A stretch of 64,000 bases of DNA from an uncultured Candidatus Saccharibacteria bacterium (GCA_964648765.1 CAZYLF010000001.1:165797-229796); one strand, 5' to 3'; shown: positions 48,384-61,146, numbered from the stretch's first letter. Numbers and translations: made by a program. Notes: generated from the letters alone by a model not told the origin.

Positions 48384-50063
48384 ATGATTCGAAAAATCTC
48401 AGATTTTATTGGGACAAAAAAATACTTAAAAGTATTATTGGTTTTTTCTTTATTCTTTATTATTTTCATTCTTGCCTATTTAAATGTTGGGGCTCTTTCT
48501 AGTGGTGACGATCACTTTTTCCACATTCGTTTCGCACAGAGAATGTTAGATAATGGTTTCTTTAATTCTTTTGAGAATTTTCAGGCTATTAGTCTTTCAG
48601 ATATGGCACAGGGGGGTAAATATTACGTTTATTACAATTTTCTATTCTATTTAGCACTAATTCCGTTTACGTATCTTACCCCACTTTTTATAGGCATTAA
48701 ACTCTACGCAATTATTATTGCGTCTCTAGCTTTTACGATTCTGTATTGGTGTTGTAGTCGATTGGGAATAAGAAATCCACTTATCTGGATAATCATCATC
48801 TTTTCTCTAACTAATTATGGCGCAATATGGAGATTGTTTTTATCTAGGCCGTACGCTTTAGCCCCAGTATTACTTCTTTTACTTTTGATTTTCTTGCATA
48901 GGAATAAGTATTTCGCAGCTTTTTTTCTTGGGATTTTTTATTTTTTTTGGCATAGTGCCACATTTTTTTTCCCACTTGGTGTGGCAACAGTGTTCTTTAT
49001 CAGTAAAAAATTTTACAAAGAGAGGGCCAGTTATAAAATAATTTTGTTTCCTGCTTTGTCCCTAATTTTTTCATTAGTTGTTGTCTACCTTATTTCTCCA
49101 GGATTTTTAAATTATATGAAAGACATTATTTTTGGTGTTTTTACGGACACAATAATCGGTAAAAAGGTAATTCTTTCTGAGGGGGTGGAACTTTACCCGG
49201 TGGATTTTTTTGACTTCATTAAAAATAATATGATCGTTGTTGGGCTAATTTTAATGCTTGGCTCACTAGAGATTTACCAGTATATAGTTTTTAGGTTTAG
49301 GGCTAACAGAACTACAGATTATTTAGATGATTTACACCCTAACAGATCGTTACAATTAACCCTTTTCACTTTAACATTTGGGACATTGCTGGGTACTACG
49401 TCTGTAAGCGGCAGATTTGGTGATTTTTTTGTATTTTTTGCTGCTATGTATCTAATACTATCTTTAAATCAACTACGGCAATATATCCACATTACTCACC
49501 GTGATGTACGAAGGGGTGCAACGATAGGCCTAGTCATCACTCTCATTTACTTTTTTGGTGGCAATGTGCTGTTTTTGCAACAAAATTTATCCAGAGGTGC
49601 CACTGTGGAGGAGTTTGCTGGGGTCGGAGGATGGCTTAAGATAAATACAAAACCAGGCGATACAATATTTAATGCAAATTGGAGCTGGTTCCCACAGCTT
49701 TATTATCACAGTCCTAAAAATAATTATCTAACCGGCCTAGAACCTAGATTTTCATATTCATATAGCCCAAAACTTTATTGGCTTTGGTGGAATATATCAA
49801 CTCGAGGGTATGTTTGTGAAGAAGAAAAATGCCCAGAAAAAGATAAAGAGCGAGCGTTGATCGCAAAGAAGGAGTCAGAAATCAAGAATTGGTATAAAAA
49901 GGAGGGGGATTTAGCTGCCGAGATTTTGCTTAAAGATCTTAAAACTAGCTACGTTGTTACATCAAGAAACCACCCATTTTTAAATGGACTACTCACAGAA
50001 AGTGACAGATTTGAAAAGGTTTTTGGTGATTGGACAAACTACTCAGTATATAAAGTCAATTAA
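48384..50063 (+). CDS. Multi-pass membrane protein, probable GT-C glycosyltransferase
   Basis: Many TM segments; DD..FH acidic motif after TM1; RP motif; soluble C-terminal domain (WLK.NT..G); next to GT2 and GtrA. Confidence 0.65.
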   Translation: MIRKISDFIGTKKYLKVLLVFSLFFIIFILAYLNVGALSSGDDHFFHIRFAQRMLDNGFFNSFENFQAISLSDMAQGGKYYVYYNFLFYLALIPFTYLTPLFIGIKLYAIIIASLAFTILYWCCSRLGIRNPLIWIIIIFSLTNYGAIWRLFLSRPYALAPVLLLLLLIFLHRNKYFAAFFLGIFYFFWHSATFFFPLGVATVFFISKKFYKERASYKIILFPALSLIFSLVVVYLISPGFLNYMKDIIFGVFTDTIIGKKVILSEGVELYPVDFFDFIKNNMIVVGLILMLGSLEIYQYIVFRFRANRTTDYLDDLHPNRSLQLTLFTLTFGTLLGTTSVSGRFGDFFVFFAAMYLILSLNQLRQYIHITHRDVRRGATIGLVITLIYFFGGNVLFLQQNLSRGATVEEFAGVGGWLKINTKPGDTIFNANWSWFPQLYYHSPKNNYLTGLEPRFSYSYSPKLYWLWWNISTRGYVCEEEKCPEKDKERALIAKKESEIKNWYKKEGDLAAEILLKDLKTSYVVTSRNHPFLNGLLTESDRFEKVFGDWTNYSVYKVN

Positions 50064-50071
50064 TTCCCAGG

Positions 50072-50674
50072 TTATTTTTCGGCTACTATTAAGTAATTAA
50101 ATATTAACTGAAATTTTCTTATTTTAACCTTTTTAAATCCCGCTTCTTTAAAAGTATCAATAAGTTTATTTTTGTCGAAATATTGTTTATGGTCCTCAAT
50201 TTCCTCTTTCTCGATCAAGCCCAAAAGGCAAAGTATTTTTAGGATGGGCTCAGCTGCTGAGGTTGGTGTAGTCAAAATGGCGGAGCCACCATTTTTTGTG
50301 ATTCTGTAAATTTCAGATACATATTTTTTATAGTCGTTTAAATGTTCTATTACGGCAGTTGATGTTACGATGTCTGCAAAATTATTTTGTATTGGTAAAT
50401 CGTGGTTCAGGTCAGTTTCTAATAGTTTTATTTTGTTTGATTGGTATTCATTATCTACCTTTATATCCAAGCCAATAGCACCAGCAATATGTTTCTCAAT
50501 TTTATTCAAAAAATCAGCGTTTAGGCCACACCCGAGGTCACAGCAAAAAAATTCTCCATGGCTATTTTCTATTATAAATTTAGTTGCAAATCTATATCTC
50601 CACCAGTGGAGTAATTTATCAAACTTTTTTTTGGGCACAAAAGACTCTGATCGGTGTTGCATGTTTGGGGTCAT
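50072..50674 (-). CDS. Class I SAM-dependent methyltransferase
   Basis: DLGCG, GLD, AVIEHL, EIYRITKNGG, LTTP. Confidence 0.85.
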   Translation of the reverse strand: MTPNMQHRSESFVPKKKFDKLLHWWRYRFATKFIIENSHGEFFCCDLGCGLNADFLNKIEKHIAGAIGLDIKVDNEYQSNKIKLLETDLNHDLPIQNNFADIVTSTAVIEHLNDYKKYVSEIYRITKNGGSAILTTPTSAAEPILKILCLLGLIEKEEIEDHKQYFDKNKLIDTFKEAGFKKVKIRKFQLIFNYLIVAEK

Positions 50675-50721
50675 GAGTGCTATTTTATTCCAGTTGGCGA
50701 TAATGTCCAGCTTGATCAAAT

Positions 50722-51417
50722 ATGAAACTATCAATTATCATTCCTGCATATAATGAGGAAAAGACTATTACTCAAATTGTAGAAAGAGTGAAGGTGGCAA
50801 ATTCTTTGGGGTTAGATAAAGAGATTATTGTTATTGACGATGGATCCAAAGACTCAACTGTAGCTAAAGCCCAGACTCTAAGTGGGGTGAGAGTTATTGC
50901 TTGTGGAGTTAATGGAGGCAAGGGTTCAGCCGTAATTAGAGGATTTAAAGAGGCGACAGGGGATATCTTACTTATTCAAGACGCAGACCTAGAATATGAT
51001 CCGGTTGATTACCCAACTTTGCTGCAACCAATTTTGGACGGTAAGGCGGATGTGGTGTATGGATCAAGGTTGGTCTCGGATAGACCCAGACGTGTGCTTT
51101 ACTTTCATCATTATTTAGCGAATAAGTTTGTAACTTTTGTGTCAAATGTTTTCACCAATCTTAACCTTTCAGACATGGAGACGTGTTATAAGGTTTTTAA
51201 AAAGGAAGTAGTGAAAGAGATCTTACCAAAACTAGTTTCAAAGCGATTTGGGATAGAGGTGGAGCTTACGGCCAGAGTGTCTAACACGAAAAGTAAAATA
51301 TACGAAGTTGGTATTTCATATGCTGGTCGTACATATGAAGAAGGAAAAAAAATTACTTGGCGGGATGGTGTGGCGGCACTTTGGCACATACTATGGTTCA
51401 ATATTTTCGACAGATAA
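50722..51417 (+). CDS. GT2 polyprenol-phosphate glycosyltransferase (DPM-synthase-like)
   Basis: [46 protein letters not shown]. Confidence 0.92.
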   Translation: MKLSIIIPAYNEEKTITQIVERVKVANSLGLDKEIIVIDDGSKDSTVAKAQTLSGVRVIACGVNGGKGSAVIRGFKEATGDILLIQDADLEYDPVDYPTLLQPILDGKADVVYGSRLVSDRPRRVLYFHHYLANKFVTFVSNVFTNLNLSDMETCYKVFKKEVVKEILPKLVSKRFGIEVELTARVSNTKSKIYEVGISYAGRTYEEGKKITWRDGVAALWHILWFNIFDR

Positions 51418-51806
51418 TTAAGATACAATACATCAAGTATTTAGTGTCCGGTTGTACTGGAGCAATTGTAAATGTTGGCATCCTTTACGTTTTAACAGAT
51501 TGGCTTGGCTTGTGGTATTTATTTTCTACATCTATATCATTACTCTGTTCGTTTGTTGTAAGTTTTACTTTACATAAGTTTTGGACATTCGATAATAAAG
51601 TTATGGAAGATGTGCATGTGCAAGCCGCCTCATATCTGGGGGTTGCTTTAATAAACTTGGTGTTGAATACCTTTTTTATGTTAGTTTTTGTGGAGTATCT
51701 ACATATTTGGTATTTGTTGGCACAAGTAATCAGTGCCGGGTTGATTGCCTTCTCGAGTTTCTTTCTGTATAAACAGTTTGTTTTTAAAACTAAGACCGTG
51801 GTATAA
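51393..51806 (+). CDS. GtrA family flippase
   Basis: [19 protein letters not shown]-terminus; four TM helices. Confidence 0.88.
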   Translation: MVQYFRQIIKIQYIKYLVSGCTGAIVNVGILYVLTDWLGLWYLFSTSISLLCSFVVSFTLHKFWTFDNKVMEDVHVQAASYLGVALINLVLNTFFMLVFVEYLHIWYLLAQVISAGLIAFSSFFLYKQFVFKTKTVV

Positions 51807-51815
51807 TTTATCATC

Positions 51816-52241
51816 ATGTCAAAACAAAAAGGTTTTACTCTCATTGAGTTATTAGTAGTAATCGCAATTATTGGAATTTTGTCTGGGATAGTGATAGCTG
51901 CCTTGGGTACGTCTAGGGAGAAAGCTCGCAATAACGCTGTTGTGGCTGCGTTGAGGTCAGTACGGTCGGGTTTTGAGGCCAGCAGATTACCGAATGGAAA
52001 TTTTCCACTTAATATCTGTGGAGTAGGCTCTACGTTACAAAGTTCTTTTACATATATTGATCAACAAACTTTACAGAATGATAGCGTTAAAAGTGTAACT
52101 TTAGCTGGTACTATACCCAATACAGTTAGAAATTGTGCAGTGTCCATCGATTTAGACGGGTCAGAGCCAATTTATTGTGCTGACACTGATTTTTTCTTCG
52201 GAGTTGCTACTGGTGTAGGCGGGGGTCTTTGCACTCCATAG
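51816..52241 (+). CDS. Type IV pilin
   Basis: [19 protein letters not shown]; YCAD. Confidence 0.85.
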   Translation: MSKQKGFTLIELLVVIAIIGILSGIVIAALGTSREKARNNAVVAALRSVRSGFEASRLPNGNFPLNICGVGSTLQSSFTYIDQQTLQNDSVKSVTLAGTIPNTVRNCAVSIDLDGSEPIYCADTDFFFGVATGVGGGLCTP

Positions 52242-52269
52242 TTGGATTATCTCGTGGTATAATTTTGAG

Positions 52270-53061
52270 GTGTTAAATTTATTTCTAATTTTCTCTTTTC
52301 TGTTCGGTCTCATCATTGGCAGTTTTTTAAACACTGTAATTTATCGCTATAACACCGGACGCACAGTGGGTGGGCGATCTAAGTGCCTCTCTTGCGGCCA
52401 CACACTCACCTGGAAGGAGTTAATCCCTGTTTTGAGTTATGTAATCCAGCGCGGCAAATGCGCCAAGTGCGCCAGTCAATTTTCCGCCACGTACCCCTTG
52501 GTTGAGTTCTTCACTGCGATTTTGTTTTTAGGAGTTTCGATAAAATTTTTGCCAAGTAGTTTTGAGTTTGGTTCATTCCCTACCGAACTTGTGATTTTAT
52601 TAATTGCTCATTGGCTAATTATGAGTCTACTTGTGGTGATTGCGGTGTATGATCTTCGCCACAAGATTATCCCTGATGGGATGGTTTACGCATTTATTAT
52701 TGCAAGTGCAGTGCTGGCTTGGTGGCAAGATCCTGAAGCCCTTTTGGCTGGAGTTTACTTTTTTGCTTTCTTTGGATTTATTTGGCTGGTATCGCGAGGT
52801 AAGTGGCTTGGCTTTGGTGATGCTAAACTAGTAACTGGTATTGGTTTTATGCTTGGTCTTACTTCAGGTGCGTCTGCGCTCATCATCGCTTGCTGGTCGG
52901 GAGCTTTGTGGGGTTTGGCTGGTATGGGGTTAAGTAAGTTGCGACGTGGTGCACAAACACTTACAATTAAGAGTGAGTTACCGTTTGCTCCCTTCCTCAT
53001 TTTCGGTTTGCTACTCGTCTTCTTTTTTCAAATCAATGTCCTTGAACTTTTTAAAATTTAA
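52270..53061 (+). CDS. pilD: Prepilin peptidase
   Basis: GSFLN, RS.C..C, G.C..C, YPLVE, YDLRHKIIPD, GFGDAKL, LPFAPFL. Confidence 0.94.
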   Translation: MLNLFLIFSFLFGLIIGSFLNTVIYRYNTGRTVGGRSKCLSCGHTLTWKELIPVLSYVIQRGKCAKCASQFSATYPLVEFFTAILFLGVSIKFLPSSFEFGSFPTELVILLIAHWLIMSLLVVIAVYDLRHKIIPDGMVYAFIIASAVLAWWQDPEALLAGVYFFAFFGFIWLVSRGKWLGFGDAKLVTGIGFMLGLTSGASALIIACWSGALWGLAGMGLSKLRRGAQTLTIKSELPFAPFLIFGLLLVFFFQINVLELFKI

Positions 53062-53671
53062 AAAAGGGTTTACCACTCTCGAGTTAATGGTGGTAATTGG
53101 TATTTTTGTGATCATGACCGGGGTAGTACTCTCTAACCTCCCGGGATTTCGTGATCAATCGGCTGTGGGTTTGGTTGCCCAGCAGATTGCCCTTGTGGCC
53201 CGCCAAGCTCAAGTGTATGGCAATAGTGGGAGAGAGTTCAGCGGTAACTCAGTTGAGAGATATGGTCTGGATTTTGATTTGAACCAAGCTAATGGTCTAA
53301 CTGATAGCTCGTTTGCTATGTTCGCTGATTTTAATAATAATTATGACTACAATACTTCACCTACACCTGAGTTGGTTGAAATTTTTAGTATGCAGGGTGG
53401 TATAAAGATTTCTGATCCTAACGGTCTTGCCAGATGCACAACAACCACAACATGTAACAGTGCGACCAGGGTCACTAACGTGCTTTTCCGACGTGCCTAC
53501 CCAGACGCAATTTTTTCAGATGGGGTTGGGGCACCACAAACCAATGTTGTTTGCACTGTGGTACGATTAGAATCAATCAGAAATCCAAGTATTAAAAAAG
53601 ATGTAGTAATTTGGAGTACCGGTTATATTTATACTAAAAGTGTCCCAGTTACCCTTAATTTTTCCTGCTAA
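53036..53671 (+). CDS. Minor pilin (FimT/GspH-like)
   Basis: KGFTTLELMVV; start at ATG 53036. Confidence 0.78.
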   Translation: MSLNFLKFKKGFTTLELMVVIGIFVIMTGVVLSNLPGFRDQSAVGLVAQQIALVARQAQVYGNSGREFSGNSVERYGLDFDLNQANGLTDSSFAMFADFNNNYDYNTSPTPELVEIFSMQGGIKISDPNGLARCTTTTTCNSATRVTNVLFRRAYPDAIFSDGVGAPQTNVVCTVVRLESIRNPSIKKDVVIWSTGYIYTKSVPVTLNFSC

Positions 53672-53674
53672 TTT

Positions 53675-54355
53675 ATGAAAAATTTTACTAAAAAATCAGG
53701 CTTCACACTAGTTGAGATTATGGTGGCAGTGTCTATTTTTGCTGTGGTAGCTGTAATCGCCACTGGCGCCTTAATCACCGCTAGTGATATTAATAAAAAG
53801 GCCCAGGCTATCAAGCTTGCAGTGGATAACGTCAACTTTGCTCTCAATAAAATGGCATTTGAGGTTCGTAACGGAAATACTTATGGATGTGCCAACAGCG
53901 TCTCATCTTTTTATTTTCCTTATGGTACTGCAGTTAATTTGAGGGGTTGCCCCCCTCATGCGAGCGGAGTTACAACATTCGATACTTTATTTATGTATAC
54001 TTTTCGTACAGACTGTACTTTCTTTCGCAGTCAGGCGGAGTGCGTAGCCACTGGCGGTGTAGACAATGATGGCAGTGGCCCTGGTCTCGAATACAATGGC
54101 CAAATCCCTGTGGCCTACAAATTAAATGTGGATGCAAATGGCAGGGGAGAGATTATGTACTCAACCAATCCATCGGTCCCCAGTTCCTTTTTTCCAATAA
54201 CTTCCCCAGAAGTAGATATTGAGAACTTAATGTTTAGGGTAACCCACCAGGGTCTCCCGAGGGTGCAAGTAAATATAAGTGCTGTGGTGGCGGGTGGGAC
54301 AAAACACGAAACCATCTTTGATTTACAAACCATTGCTTCTTCAAGAAGAAATTAA
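53675..54355 (+). CDS. Minor pilin (PilW-like)
   Basis: SGFTLVEIMVAVSIF. Confidence 0.8.
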   Translation: MKNFTKKSGFTLVEIMVAVSIFAVVAVIATGALITASDINKKAQAIKLAVDNVNFALNKMAFEVRNGNTYGCANSVSSFYFPYGTAVNLRGCPPHASGVTTFDTLFMYTFRTDCTFFRSQAECVATGGVDNDGSGPGLEYNGQIPVAYKLNVDANGRGEIMYSTNPSVPSSFFPITSPEVDIENLMFRVTHQGLPRVQVNISAVVAGGTKHETIFDLQTIASSRRN

Positions 54356-54916
54356 TGATGATTACTTTTAGATATAAAATTAAAAAAAGCGGGTTTACTT
54401 TAATCGAGTCATTAACCGCAATCACCATATTACTGATTGGGGTGATGGGTCCATTAGTATTAGCCACTCGCAATATATCAGACGGAATCTCAATCAAAAA
54501 TGAAGTAGCCGCCAATTATCTAGTTCTCGAAGCTTTAGAGGCGGTGCAAGCCAAAAGAGCTATTAATGCATTTGGCCCTACTAGCAAGGACTGGCGACAT
54601 GAATTGATTGCAACACAGGGGAGGGATTGCAGTGCTGTTAATGTTGGTTGTTCTATCTTTGATGGTCTTGATAACACAATAACCGTTAATGTATGCTCCG
54701 GTACCAGTTGCGATCTACAGTTTGATGTTAGTAATAGTAATAGACAATATGTTTTGGCTTCAACCATCGGAAGTGGAAATGCTCGTGGTCCAATTTTTAC
54801 AAGAAGGGTATATATTGACGAAGTAGAACCAAATCAAGAACTTAAGGTGAGAGTGGCAGTTAATTGGAATGAGAAAGGTGTTAATAAAAATCGCGAGCTT
54901 ACCTCTTATTTATATT

Positions 54917-54933
<17 letters not shown>
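54355..54933 (+). CDS. Minor pilin (PilV-like)
   Basis: SGFTLIESLTAI; F.R...V.V.W motif. Confidence 0.8.
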
Positions 54934-57566
<2,633 letters not shown>

Positions 57567-57581
57567 TGATATGATAGCCAT

Positions 57582-57869
57582 ATGATTAGCCGAGAAGAGG
57601 TTCTTAACCTCTCTAAATTATCTAAATTAAGTCTAAGCGCGGAGGAGTTGCCGAAGCTTGAAACGGATTTAAATAACATCTTAAACTACGTTTCAGAACT
57701 GAAAAACGCTAAGGCGGGGGAAGCTTCACCGAGTGAAGAAAGTCACTTGGCGGTGAATGTGATGAGGGAAGACGAGAAGCCCCATGCGCCGGGGGAATTC
57801 TCGGGCGCGTTGATCGCCGCCTTCCCCGAGAGCGAGGGGGGGAGACTAAAAGTGAAGAAGATTCTTTAA
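57582..57869 (+). CDS. gatC: Asp/Glu-tRNA amidotransferase subunit C
   Basis: ILNYV..L, NVMRED, KVKKIL; precedes gatA. Confidence 0.9.
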   Translation: MISREEVLNLSKLSKLSLSAEELPKLETDLNNILNYVSELKNAKAGEASPSEESHLAVNVMREDEKPHAPGEFSGALIAAFPESEGGRLKVKKIL

Positions 57870-57872
57870 AAC

Positions 57873-59297
57873 ATGGCGAAAATTGAGCTCAAAAATTTAA
57901 CTCTTAAAACGGCTCGGGAGAGCTTGGTGAAAAAAGAATTTTCCGTGCGCGAATTAACGGAGAGTTATCTGAAAGAAATTGAAAGTAAAAATCCGGACTG
58001 GAATGTTTATTTAGAAGTCTTCGACGATGCTTTAGCGCAAGCCGAAAGTTTGGATAAAAGGTTGGAGAGCGGTGAGAGTGTTGGCGCGCTCTACGGTTTA
58101 CCGATCGCACTTAAAGATAATATTTTGGTAAATGGCAAAAGGGTGGGCGCGGCGTCTAAAATTCTTGAAGGTTATGTGGCCAGTTACGACGCCACGGCCA
58201 CGGCTAAACTTAAAGCTGAAGGGGCGTTACTTTTGGGTCGAGTCAACATGGATGAATTTGCCATGGGTGTCTCCACCGAGCAGTCAGCTTATGGTGCCAC
58301 CAAAAATCCCCGCGATCCATCGCGCGTGCCGGGCGGGTCTTCTGGTGGTTCGGCCGCGGCCGTGGCGGGGGATCTGGCGCTCGGCTCGCTTGGTTCCGAC
58401 ACCGCTGGATCAATTCGTCAGCCGGCGAGCTTCTGCGGCGTGGTGGGTTTTAAACCGACTTACGGCCGTGTCTCGCGCCACGGACTCATTGCGCTCACCT
58501 CGTCGCTTGACGTGATCGGGCCGATTACTAAAACGGTGGAGGATGCGGAAATAATTTACGATGTAATTAAAGGCGCGGATAATCTCGACTCAACTTCAGC
58601 GCGGGGGAATGAAGATTTGCCAGCCAAAAATGGTCCGTACAAAATTGGCGTGCCGTACAAATTTCTCACCACCGGCTTGGCTGAATCGGTGAAGAATAAT
58701 TTTGAAGCGTCGCTAAAAAAGTTAAAAGATCTAGGGCATGAAATTGTGGAAGTGGATTTGCCGAGTTTTAAATACGCTGTGCCTTGTTACTATGTGATCA
58801 CGCCAGCGGAGGCGTCCACCAACCTCGCGCGCTTCGACGGCATGCGTTATGGCGCGCGCACGACGGGCAAGGATCTGTGGGAAGAATACGCCGCCACGCG
58901 CGAGGCGGGCTTTGGGCCGGAACCTAAGCGACGTATTATGGTGGGCGCTTACGTGCTCTCGTCAGGCTATTACGACGCCTATTATCGTAAAGCGGTGGAG
59001 GTGAAGGAGTTGATCAGACGCGAGGTGGTGGAGATTTTTAAAACCGTTGATATTATCGCCACGCCCACCACGCCGGCGCCAGCCTTTAAGCCAGGGGAGA
59101 AGGTCAACGATCCAATCCAAATGTATCTTGAAGATGTTTTTACTGTGCCGGCCAACCTCGCGGGTATTCCGGCCATCTCTATCCCCTCCGGTGTGGACGG
59201 CAATAATTTGCCACTTGGGTTACAATTAATGTCACCGGCGTTTGCTGAATCACGACTTTTTAATTTAGGTAAACAATTTTTAAATGAACAATTTTGA
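57873..59297 (+). CDS. gatA: Asp/Glu-tRNA amidotransferase subunit A
   Basis: KDN, NMDEFAMG, PGGSSGGS, GSDTAGSIRQPA, SSGYYDAYY. Confidence 0.97.
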   Translation: MAKIELKNLTLKTARESLVKKEFSVRELTESYLKEIESKNPDWNVYLEVFDDALAQAESLDKRLESGESVGALYGLPIALKDNILVNGKRVGAASKILEGYVASYDATATAKLKAEGALLLGRVNMDEFAMGVSTEQSAYGATKNPRDPSRVPGGSSGGSAAAVAGDLALGSLGSDTAGSIRQPASFCGVVGFKPTYGRVSRHGLIALTSSLDVIGPITKTVEDAEIIYDVIKGADNLDSTSARGNEDLPAKNGPYKIGVPYKFLTTGLAESVKNNFEASLKKLKDLGHEIVEVDLPSFKYAVPCYYVITPAEASTNLARFDGMRYGARTTGKDLWEEYAATREAGFGPEPKRRIMVGAYVLSSGYYDAYYRKAVEVKELIRREVVEIFKTVDIIATPTTPAPAFKPGEKVNDPIQMYLEDVFTVPANLAGIPAISIPSGVDGNNLPLGLQLMSPAFAESRLFNLGKQFLNEQF

Positions 59298-59859
59298 GCC
59301 TAATTATTTAAATCTGGAATACTTTTTTTATCTAATTTATTTTTTTATTGTTAAGTTATTTGGTGGTTCCGCAGGTAATTTAATTGACCCAAATGTAAAA
59401 TGGTGGATTAAATTTATTCTAGCAATTATCGCGGGTGTATTTACCTTTTTTATTATTGTTTTAGCGCGCAAGCTAATCAAACTTAGAGGAGAAGAAAAGG
59501 CCGAATTGCTTAGCCTGTCTCAAAAAGACTTTACCGTAGAGAGGGCGGCAAATGATAATTGGCAAAAACTTGTGGACTATACTGATACTGATAACGAGGC
59601 GAATTGGAAACTGGCAATTATTGAGGCCGATAAAATTTTAGATGAGTTAGTAAAAAAGATGGGTTACCCTGGGCAAGATATGGGAGAGAGGTTGAGGGCA
59701 GTGGAGCCGAGCGACTTCCTCACACTTGAGGATGCTTGGGAGGCGCATCGTATCCGCAATAAGATTGCCCACGAGGCAGGTTTTGAACTTACTAAACGTG
59801 AGGCTAAAAGAGTTTTAGGTTTGTTTGAAAAAGTCTTCCGCGAGTTTGACTATATTTAA
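59284..59859 (+). CDS. Membrane-anchored protein with HEPN-like RxxxxH motif
   Basis: N-terminal TM helices; AIIEADK, GERL, AH..RNKIAHE. Confidence 0.65.
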   Translation: MNNFEPNYLNLEYFFYLIYFFIVKLFGGSAGNLIDPNVKWWIKFILAIIAGVFTFFIIVLARKLIKLRGEEKAELLSLSQKDFTVERAANDNWQKLVDYTDTDNEANWKLAIIEADKILDELVKKMGYPGQDMGERLRAVEPSDFLTLEDAWEAHRIRNKIAHEAGFELTKREAKRVLGLFEKVFREFDYI

Positions 59860-59863
59860 CGTG

Positions 59864-59936
59864 TGTCGGAGGTGGGGATCGAACCCACGACCCCGGGCTT
59901 ATGAGTCCCGTGCTCTACCAACTGAGCTACCCCGAC
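59864..59936 (-). tRNA. tRNA-Met(CAU), probably elongator
   Basis: GTCGGGG acceptor with G1-C72, CTCATAA loop, TTCGATC T-loop. Confidence 0.88.
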
Positions 59937-59951
59937 TTATATTATTTCTTG

Positions 59952-60022
59952 TTGCGGGGGCCCGAATCGAACGGGCGTCTGGAGGTTATGAGCCTCCCGA
60001 GTTACCGCTACTCCACCCCGCG
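59952..60022 (-). tRNA. Initiator tRNA-fMet(CAU)
   Basis: CGCGGGG start with C1:A72 mismatch, A11-U24, GGAGG-CTCATAA-CCTCC arm. Confidence 0.9.
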
Positions 60023-60109
60023 GTTTTCACTAGTCTAACCTGTAGGGTATGACAAGTCAAACTTGGCTTCTTCCCTTTTCTCTTTATTTTTGTTAGATTA
60101 TCTTCCATT

Positions 60110-60183
60110 GCGGCCATAGCTCAATTGGTTAGAGCACTCCCCTGTCACGGGAGAGGTTGCCGGTTCGAGCCCGGTTGGCCGCG
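60110..60183 (+). tRNA. tRNA-Asp(GUC)
   Basis: CTCCC-CTGTCAC-GGGAG arm; G73. Confidence 0.93.
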
Positions 60184-60204
60184 CAGATAAGTTTATTTTT
60201 ATAT

Positions 60205-60233
60205 TTGACTTTATTATAATTAGGTGTTAGTCT
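60205..60233 (+). promoter_or_regulatory. Promoter of the sigma-factor gene
   Basis: TTGACT-17 nt-TAGTCT with extended TG. Confidence 0.6.
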
Positions 60234-60289
60234 CTGGTTTGGCGTGGTCATTGAATTTAAGTGGCAATTTTTTTTGAAAGGAGATAAGG

Positions 60290-61120
60290 ATGCCTCATCA
60301 AATAAAGAAACCCAACCCATATTTTTTTGTTGATAACAAGGAACTTCACCACTGGAAAAGTTTAAGAAAGCTGATCGGCAACCTCCAAGCGTTATTTGAA
60401 GGTGATGAGACCCTCACGCGGGAGCATGAGCAGACGCTTTTCAGGGGGATGCATGCATGTGGGTATGCACTCACAAAGCTTGTGCGCGGTCGTGCCGCCG
60501 GTCGTCGCAAGGCGACTCTTGTTGGGCTTTACAATAGGTCAAAGGAGGTTTTGGTTAAACTTAACCTTGGTTTGATTGGTGACATGCGGAGAAAGACCCG
60601 CGCAGCCCATGGTCAAGAAAACACCGAGTTGGAAAGTGATGGTAATTTTGCGCTTTTCAACGCTGTGAGTCAGTTTGATCCGTGGAGGGGTAATAAGTTT
60701 AGTACTTATGGTTGCACTGCAATCCAGCGGGGTTTCCTTCATCTTGCGAGAAAAAGTACTGCCAGGTTTGGACTGGCTGGGAAACTGGCCGATGTGCTTA
60801 GAACCCGAAATTTGGGACGGGGAAAGGTTTCAGCCGAGCATGAGCATCTGCTCGAGCGGTTGAAGTTGGTAATTCGTGAGAATTACGCCAGCTTGACCGA
60901 TATGGAGCTCTACGTGCTCTCTCAACGAGTTTTGCACGATCCGATGCATAAAGAGGAGAAGCTCCACGTAGTTGGTGAGAGCTTTGATTTGAGTAAGGAG
61001 CGGATCCGGCAAATCCAAGTTTCTGCAACTCAAAAGTTACGGATTTACTTTGGTGTGATTGATGATGGAGAGGGAGAGATTGGTGAAGAGGAGGAATATT
61101 GTTTAGCCGCTTGCGCTTAG
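60290..61120 (+). CDS. Alternative sigma-70 family factor (regions 2 and 4, no region 1.1)
   Basis: NLGLI, SDGN.AL.NAV..FDP.RG.KFSTY; VG..F.LSKERIRQIQ..A..KLR. Confidence 0.88.
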   Translation: MPHQIKKPNPYFFVDNKELHHWKSLRKLIGNLQALFEGDETLTREHEQTLFRGMHACGYALTKLVRGRAAGRRKATLVGLYNRSKEVLVKLNLGLIGDMRRKTRAAHGQENTELESDGNFALFNAVSQFDPWRGNKFSTYGCTAIQRGFLHLARKSTARFGLAGKLADVLRTRNLGRGKVSAEHEHLLERLKLVIRENYASLTDMELYVLSQRVLHDPMHKEEKLHVVGESFDLSKERIRQIQVSATQKLRIYFGVIDDGEGEIGEEEEYCLAACA

Positions 61121-61146
61121 TGAGCAAGTTGAAGATGTAAACAACC

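Noticed and set aside
59864-59936. This CAU tRNA as lysidine tRNA-Ile2
   Set aside because: Cannot be excluded by eye, but a separate UAU tRNA exists and an elongator Met is needed; an isotype model score would decide.
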